Below, piece after piece: positions 59,524-64,000 of a stretch of 64,000 nucleotides of DNA. The translations under genes were made by a program, and so were the position numbers. The notes under the pieces were generated by a model, which ran no database searches, had not been told where the DNA came from, and saw nothing but the letters and a program-made list of their open reading frames with translations. The stretch's first letter is position 1; each line of letters opens with the position of its first letter. Source of the stretch: Thermoplasmatota archaeon (GTDB lineage Archaea > Thermoplasmatota > Thermoplasmata > UBA10834). Location: the NCBI GenBank assembly GCA_040751795.1, contig JBFMHR010000003.1, forward strand, positions 96,001-160,000. Direction: 5' to 3'.

Positions 59524-59958
59524 TCAGGTCCCGCCGGGCCTGTCGTAGGTTATGACCGCGGTGTGCGCCACCTGGTCCATCCACTTCTGCCTCGGGTCCT
59601 TCGTGTCCACGGCCATGCCTATGAGCCAGTCGAGGAACAGGAACAGGGGGAACACCTTCGAGAAGTTCCTCAGCAGCGCCTGCGACGGGGACATGGTCCC
59701 GTGGAGGGGCACGGCCTTCATGTGCATGGCCATCTTGCCCACTGTGCCGCCCACGGTCGACTCGAAGAGGAACGCGTACATGAACAGCGCCACGCCCGCG
59801 AAGAACCCCGGGAACATGTAGGGGTACCCGAGGACCGCCCCCACGAGCCATATGGGGGTGTACACGATCACGAAGTCTATGACGACCGCGACGAACCGCT
59901 TGACCCAGTGCTCCTGCAGGGCTTTGTCCTGGCTGAGGTAGTCGAACCCGGTAACCAT
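59524..59958 (-). CDS. RDD family membrane protein
   Basis: KRFVAVVID, GGTVGK, LLRN, QKWMD. Confidence 0.9.
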   Translation of the reverse strand: MVTGFDYLSQDKALQEHWVKRFVAVVIDFVIVYTPIWLVGAVLGYPYMFPGFFAGVALFMYAFLFESTVGGTVGKMAMHMKAVPLHGTMSPSQALLRNFSKVFPLFLFLDWLIGMAVDTKDPRQKWMDQVAHTAVITYDRPGGT

Positions 59959-60004
59959 CCTCGTCCCTCCTCTCGACGCCCCGCGGGCAGGGCCCGCAGG
60001 GGCA

Positions 60005-60064
60005 GCCACTCCGATCGCCCGTCTCTCATCACAGAGTCAGCGAATGTGTCTTCGTCATCGTGGC
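60005..60064 (-). ncRNA. Box C/D 2'-O-methylation guide sRNA
   Basis: GCCAC/GTGGC terminal stem; C ATGACGA; 11-nt guide; D' CTGA; C' GTGATGA; 12-nt guide; D CGGA; TATA-like TTAAAG about 25 nt upstream. Confidence 0.82.
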
Positions 60065-60144
60065 GTCATCGTATATCCGTCGACCCTTTAAGAACCCTTC
60101 CGCCTGGATTGGATGAAATAGTACGTGCGCCTCTCCACGTCCCG

Positions 60145-60660
60145 ATGGCCCCGGCACGCCTGTACATCGTGATGGCGCACGAGGACGACCCGAGGAGGTG
60201 CACCGCCGCCCGCATGGTGCGGTTCGGCGAGGCGAGGGAGACATCCGCGGGCCGGGCCCCGAGGGGCGCCATCGTGCTCGACCCGTCCGCCGAGAAGTCC
60301 ATATCCGCGGAGGACAGGGAGGCCGCGCTCAGGTTCGGGCTCCTGGCCCTCGACTGCTCGTGGAACCGGCTCAACGAGTTCCCGAGGGTCAGGTCGGGGC
60401 TCAGGCACAGGGCCCTCCCGTTCGTGGTGCCGACGAACCCGACCAACTTCGGCAAGGCCCAGAGGCTCAGCACCGCCGAGGCCTTCGCGGCCGCGCTTTA
60501 CATACTCGGAGAGCCGGGGCAGGCCGAGGCGATAATGTCCAGGTTCAAATGGGGCCCCTCGTTCATCCCGATGAACAGGGCGGCCCTCGACCTTTACGCC
60601 GCTGCGAGGGACAGCTCGGAGGTCGTCAAGATACAGAACGAGCTGCTAGGCGTAGGCTGA
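60145..60660 (+). CDS. tsr3: 16S rRNA aminocarboxypropyltransferase Tsr3 (DUF367)
   Basis: DDPRRCT, LDCSW, RALP, NPTNFG..LSTAEA, FKWG. Confidence 0.93.
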   Translation: MAPARLYIVMAHEDDPRRCTAARMVRFGEARETSAGRAPRGAIVLDPSAEKSISAEDREAALRFGLLALDCSWNRLNEFPRVRSGLRHRALPFVVPTNPTNFGKAQRLSTAEAFAAALYILGEPGQAEAIMSRFKWGPSFIPMNRAALDLYAAARDSSEVVKIQNELLGVG

Positions 60661-60814
60661 CTGTATAGGCAGGATATAGGCTGACAAACCCTTTTGTACG
60701 GAACATCCATACCCGTAGTCCCTTCTCCGAAAGCGTGGACGGAGGGCCTGTCATCGAAGTTCAACGGGGGGACGAGCAACGCCCAAGGAGTACACGCCCG
60801 AGGACCTCATCGCC

Positions 60815-62905
60815 GTGTGGGAGGAGTTCCTGGGGTCCGAGGACCAGAGGCACCAGGTCTCGGCCATAGCCGACCTGTACCCAGACGTGAGGAGCATGTA
60901 CGTCGAGTTCTCCGCCGTGGAGAAGTTCGACCCCGACCTCGCCAACTACACCCTGGCCAACCCCACGCAGTCGCTCGGCGCGGCCGAGGAGGCCGTGAGG
61001 CACATGGTCTCCCACGCCCTGACCGAGCCGTTCGTCCACTTCAGGATCAAGGGCCTGCCCCGCGACTCCAGGGTCGAGATACGCAAGCTCAGGGCGAAGC
61101 ACCTCGGCACCTTCGTCGCCGTCGAGGGCCTCGTCAGGAAGGCCACCGAGGTCAGGCCAAGGGTCACCGTGGCGGAGTTCGAGTGCGCGAGGTGCGGCCA
61201 CAGGATGTCGGTGGAGCAGGACGGGATGCAGTACCACGAGCCGCTCGAGTGCCCCAAGGACGACGGCGGCTGCGGCAGGGGCTCCGGCTCCACCAAGTTC
61301 AGGCTGCTCACGGACCCGTCGACGTTCGTCGACACGCAGAAGATCGAGGTCCAGGAGCCGCCGGAGGGCCTCAGGGGGGGCTCGCAGCCCGAGAGGCTCA
61401 CCGGCTTCATCGAGGACGACCTGTCGGGCAAGATCTCCCCGGGGGACAGGGTCATCATCAACGGCGTTCTCAGGAGCCACCAGAAGGGGACGACGGTCAA
61501 GTCGACCCTCTTCGACATCACGGTGGACGTCAACTCGGTCGAGTACGAGGAGCACGAGTACGAGGAGATCGTCATAACCCCCGAGGACGAGGCCAAGATA
61601 CGCGAGTTCGCCGGCTCGCCCGAAGCGCTCGAGAAGATCGTGGCATCGATATCCCCGACCATCTTCGGCTACGCCCAGGAGAAGGAGGCCCTCGCGCTGC
61701 AGCTGTTCGGAGGAGTGTCCAAGGTCATGGACGACGGCACGAGGATCAGGGGCGACATCCACATAGCGATGATAGGCGACCCGGGCACGGCCAAGTCGCA
61801 GATACTGAGGTACATGGCGATGCTGGCCCCGAGGGGCATCTACACGTCCGGCAAGTCCTCCTCGGCCGCGGGCCTCACCGCCGCCGCGGTGAAGGACGAG
61901 TTCGGCGAGGGGCGCTGGACCCTCGAGGCGGGGGCGCTCGTCCTCGCGGACAAGGGCCTCGCATGCATCGACGAGCTGGACAAGATGACGGACCAGGACC
62001 GCTCCAGCATACACGAGAGCCTGGAGCAGGGCACGATATCCGTCGCCAAGGCGGGCATCACCGCCACGCTGCAGTCGAGGTGCGCCGTCCTGGGCGCGGC
62101 GAACCCGAAGTACGGCCGCTTCGACGAGAACCGGAGCGTCGCGGAGCAGATCGACCTGCCCCCCGCGCTGCTGTCCAGGTTCGACGCCATATTCACCATG
62201 ACCGACAGGCCAGACTCCGAGTACGACAGGAACGTCGCGTCGCACATACTCAAGGCCCACAGGCGCGGGGAGGTCATGCAGCACGAGTCCCCGGACAGCA
62301 TCCCGGCGGAGCTGGACGCCGAGGACATCATGAACGAGACCAGGGCCCTCGTGCCCGCCATGGAGCGCGACTTCCTCAGGAAGTACGTCGCGTACAGCAA
62401 GCGCATAATGCCGGTCATGAGCGACGAGGCGATGAGGACCCTCGAGGGCTACTACGTGTCCATACGGAAGCTGGGCGAGGGGGATGAGGCCTCGGTGCCG
62501 ATCACCGCGAGGCAGCTCGAGGCGCTCATCCGCCTCTCCGAGGCGGGCGCCAGGTCCAGGCTGCACACGGTCGTGACCACGGAGGACGCGAACCGGTCGA
62601 TCAAGATCGTGGAGTACTACCTCGGCAAGGTCGCCAGCGAGGGCGGGAAGAGGGACATCGACCTCATAGCCACCGGGACGAGCAGGAGCCAGAGGGAGCA
62701 GATCTACGTGCTCAAGAACCTCGTGCAGCAGCTCTCCGACGAGAGGAGGGGCGTGAGCCTCGAGGAGCTGGTCCAGAAGGCCGGCTCCGACAACATACCC
62801 GAGGAGCGGGTCCGCGCCCTGCTGAAGCGGCTCAGCGATGCGGGCGAGGTCTACTCCCCGCAGCCGGGCTACTACAAGCTCGCGACGGAGGAGCGCATCG
62901 GATGA
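60815..62905 (+). CDS. mcm: MCM replicative helicase (no intein; start uncertain)
   Basis: Zn finger CARC..CPK..C, GDPGTAKSQ, AAGLTAA, IDELDKM, LLSRFD, ITARQLE, C-terminal wHTH. Confidence 0.97.
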   Translation: MWEEFLGSEDQRHQVSAIADLYPDVRSMYVEFSAVEKFDPDLANYTLANPTQSLGAAEEAVRHMVSHALTEPFVHFRIKGLPRDSRVEIRKLRAKHLGTFVAVEGLVRKATEVRPRVTVAEFECARCGHRMSVEQDGMQYHEPLECPKDDGGCGRGSGSTKFRLLTDPSTFVDTQKIEVQEPPEGLRGGSQPERLTGFIEDDLSGKISPGDRVIINGVLRSHQKGTTVKSTLFDITVDVNSVEYEEHEYEEIVITPEDEAKIREFAGSPEALEKIVASISPTIFGYAQEKEALALQLFGGVSKVMDDGTRIRGDIHIAMIGDPGTAKSQILRYMAMLAPRGIYTSGKSSSAAGLTAAAVKDEFGEGRWTLEAGALVLADKGLACIDELDKMTDQDRSSIHESLEQGTISVAKAGITATLQSRCAVLGAANPKYGRFDENRSVAEQIDLPPALLSRFDAIFTMTDRPDSEYDRNVASHILKAHRRGEVMQHESPDSIPAELDAEDIMNETRALVPAMERDFLRKYVAYSKRIMPVMSDEAMRTLEGYYVSIRKLGEGDEASVPITARQLEALIRLSEAGARSRLHTVVTTEDANRSIKIVEYYLGKVASEGGKRDIDLIATGTSRSQREQIYVLKNLVQQLSDERRGVSLEELVQKAGSDNIPEERVRALLKRLSDAGEVYSPQPGYYKLATEERIG

Positions 62906-63198
62906 TCTGCATCAGGGTCTACACCCAGGGCCGGGAGCGCCTCGTGGCGGCCTGCGACGCCGACATCGTCGGCAAGACCTTCAGGTCGGACGGGCTGGTC
63001 CTCGAGGTCTCCGAGTCCTTCTACCACGGCGACGACGTCGACGAGGAGGCGCTGGTCAACTGGCTGAGGCTGGCCACGGTGGCCAATCTGTCCGGGGAGA
63101 GGGTCGTGGCGGTCGCGGTCGAGAACGGGTTCATTGACGAGGGCTGCGTCATCAGGATAGGCGGGGTGCCGCACGCCCAGATGACGAGGATGATCTGA
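62902..63198 (+). CDS. DUF424 family protein
   Basis: LVAACD..GK, SFYHG, ANLSG, IGGVPHAQ. Confidence 0.9.
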   Translation: MICIRVYTQGRERLVAACDADIVGKTFRSDGLVLEVSESFYHGDDVDEEALVNWLRLATVANLSGERVVAVAVENGFIDEGCVIRIGGVPHAQMTRMI

Positions 63199-64000
63199 TT
63201 GTTCTGCGTCGAGTGCGGCGCCGAAGGGGTCGACATGATCGGCTCCGTGTGCAGGGAGTGCTACGCCAAGAAGCACGTTTGGGCGAGGCTCCCCGACCAC
63301 GTCGACCTGGTCCTCTGCGCGCACTGCTCCTCGATGCAGCTCCACGACGACTGGACCGACATCGGCTCCGTCGCCGAGGGGGCCGAGGCCGTCCTGAGGG
63401 ACGCCCTGGAGCTCCCCGGGGACGCGGCCCTCGTGGCCCTGAGGGTGTCCATCGAGGAGAGGGACCCCAGGAACGTCCAGGCATCGGTCCAGGTCAGGCT
63501 GTCCTCGCACGGGACAGAGTTCGACATCCCCCTTCAGACGGTCGTCAGGATGAAGCGCGGCTCGTGCAAGGAGTGCTCCAAGAAGATGGGCTCCTACTAC
63601 GAGGCCATGCTCCAGGTCCGGACCCCCGGCGGGGGCAGGGAGGGGGACGCGGAGGCCGAGGTCGAGTCGTTCGTGCGGTCGAGGGCCGACGCGATGAGGA
63701 AGGGGAGCAGGTCCGTGTTCATAAGCAGGGTGGAGAGGGTCAGGGGCGGCCTGGACTTCTACTTCAGCACCGCCCAGGCGGCCAGGGCCATCGCGAGGGA
63801 GCTGCAGGAGACCAGGTGCGCCGAGTACAAGGAGTCCTCGAGCCTCTGGGGGAAGCGCGGCGGGGAGGAGGTCTCAAGGATGACCTACCTGGTCAGGCTC
63901 CCCGGCTTCGGGCCGGGAGACGTCGTCGAGCACGGCTCCAGGGACTACCTCGTCAGGAGCATGTCGAAGGGGAACGTCCACGCCATCGACCTGCTGACGG
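63199..64000 (+). CDS. Nmd3 family ribosome biogenesis protein (runs off right edge)
   Basis: TTG start; CVECG, CRECY, CAHC, CKECSKKMGSYYEAMLQVR, GGLDFY. Confidence 0.9.
   Translation, partial: MFCVECGAEGVDMIGSVCRECYAKKHVWARLPDHVDLVLCAHCSSMQLHDDWTDIGSVAEGAEAVLRDALELPGDAALVALRVSIEERDPRNVQASVQVRLSSHGTEFDIPLQTVVRMKRGSCKECSKKMGSYYEAMLQVRTPGGGREGDAEAEVESFVRSRADAMRKGSRSVFISRVERVRGGLDFYFSTAQAARAIARELQETRCAEYKESSSLWGKRGGEEVSRMTYLVRLPGFGPGDVVEHGSRDYLVRSMSKGNVHAIDLLT

Noticed and set aside
60647-60685. Four TAGGC units (TAGGCTGAC twice) at the end of tsr3
   Set aside because: Short and irregularly spaced, partly within the stop region; no supportable function

Overview
High-GC archaeal chromosome segment, most likely Thermoplasmatota (inferred from TFB, PolD DP1, Orc1/Cdc6, PriS, MCM, TiaS, alpha2-type EndA, A1Ao ATP synthase, a DUF3198-like gene and heavy AGG/ATA codon use). 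It is densely coding and mostly core genome: pstAB-phoU, gar1-tfb, hsp20-cdc48, a full atpHIKECFABD operon, a cdc6-adjacent replication origin with ORB boxes, ftsY-pfdA-rpl18a, an ECF transporter and tsr3-mcm-DUF424-nmd3. I found no tRNA, rRNA, CRISPR array, transposase or provirus. Signals not explained by the ORF track: (1) a complete box C/D guide sRNA at 60005-60064 (-) whose D guide fits 16S rRNA C1402; (2) two KaiC/RAD55 modules, V4R-KaiC-DUF835 facing a CYTH enzyme and an active/inactive KaiC triad in front of a pilin; (3) a 1150-aa pilin fused to an FG-GAP propeller, opposite a P-loop-defective wHTH-STAND gene with repeats straddling the promoter; (4) a membrane-anchored wHTH gene, a palindromic operator and a secreted Met/Trp/His/Tyr/Cys-repeat peptide; (5) unannotated microproteins and a bacterial-type class I GAPDH. 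Family assignments come from motif recognition only; no searches were run.
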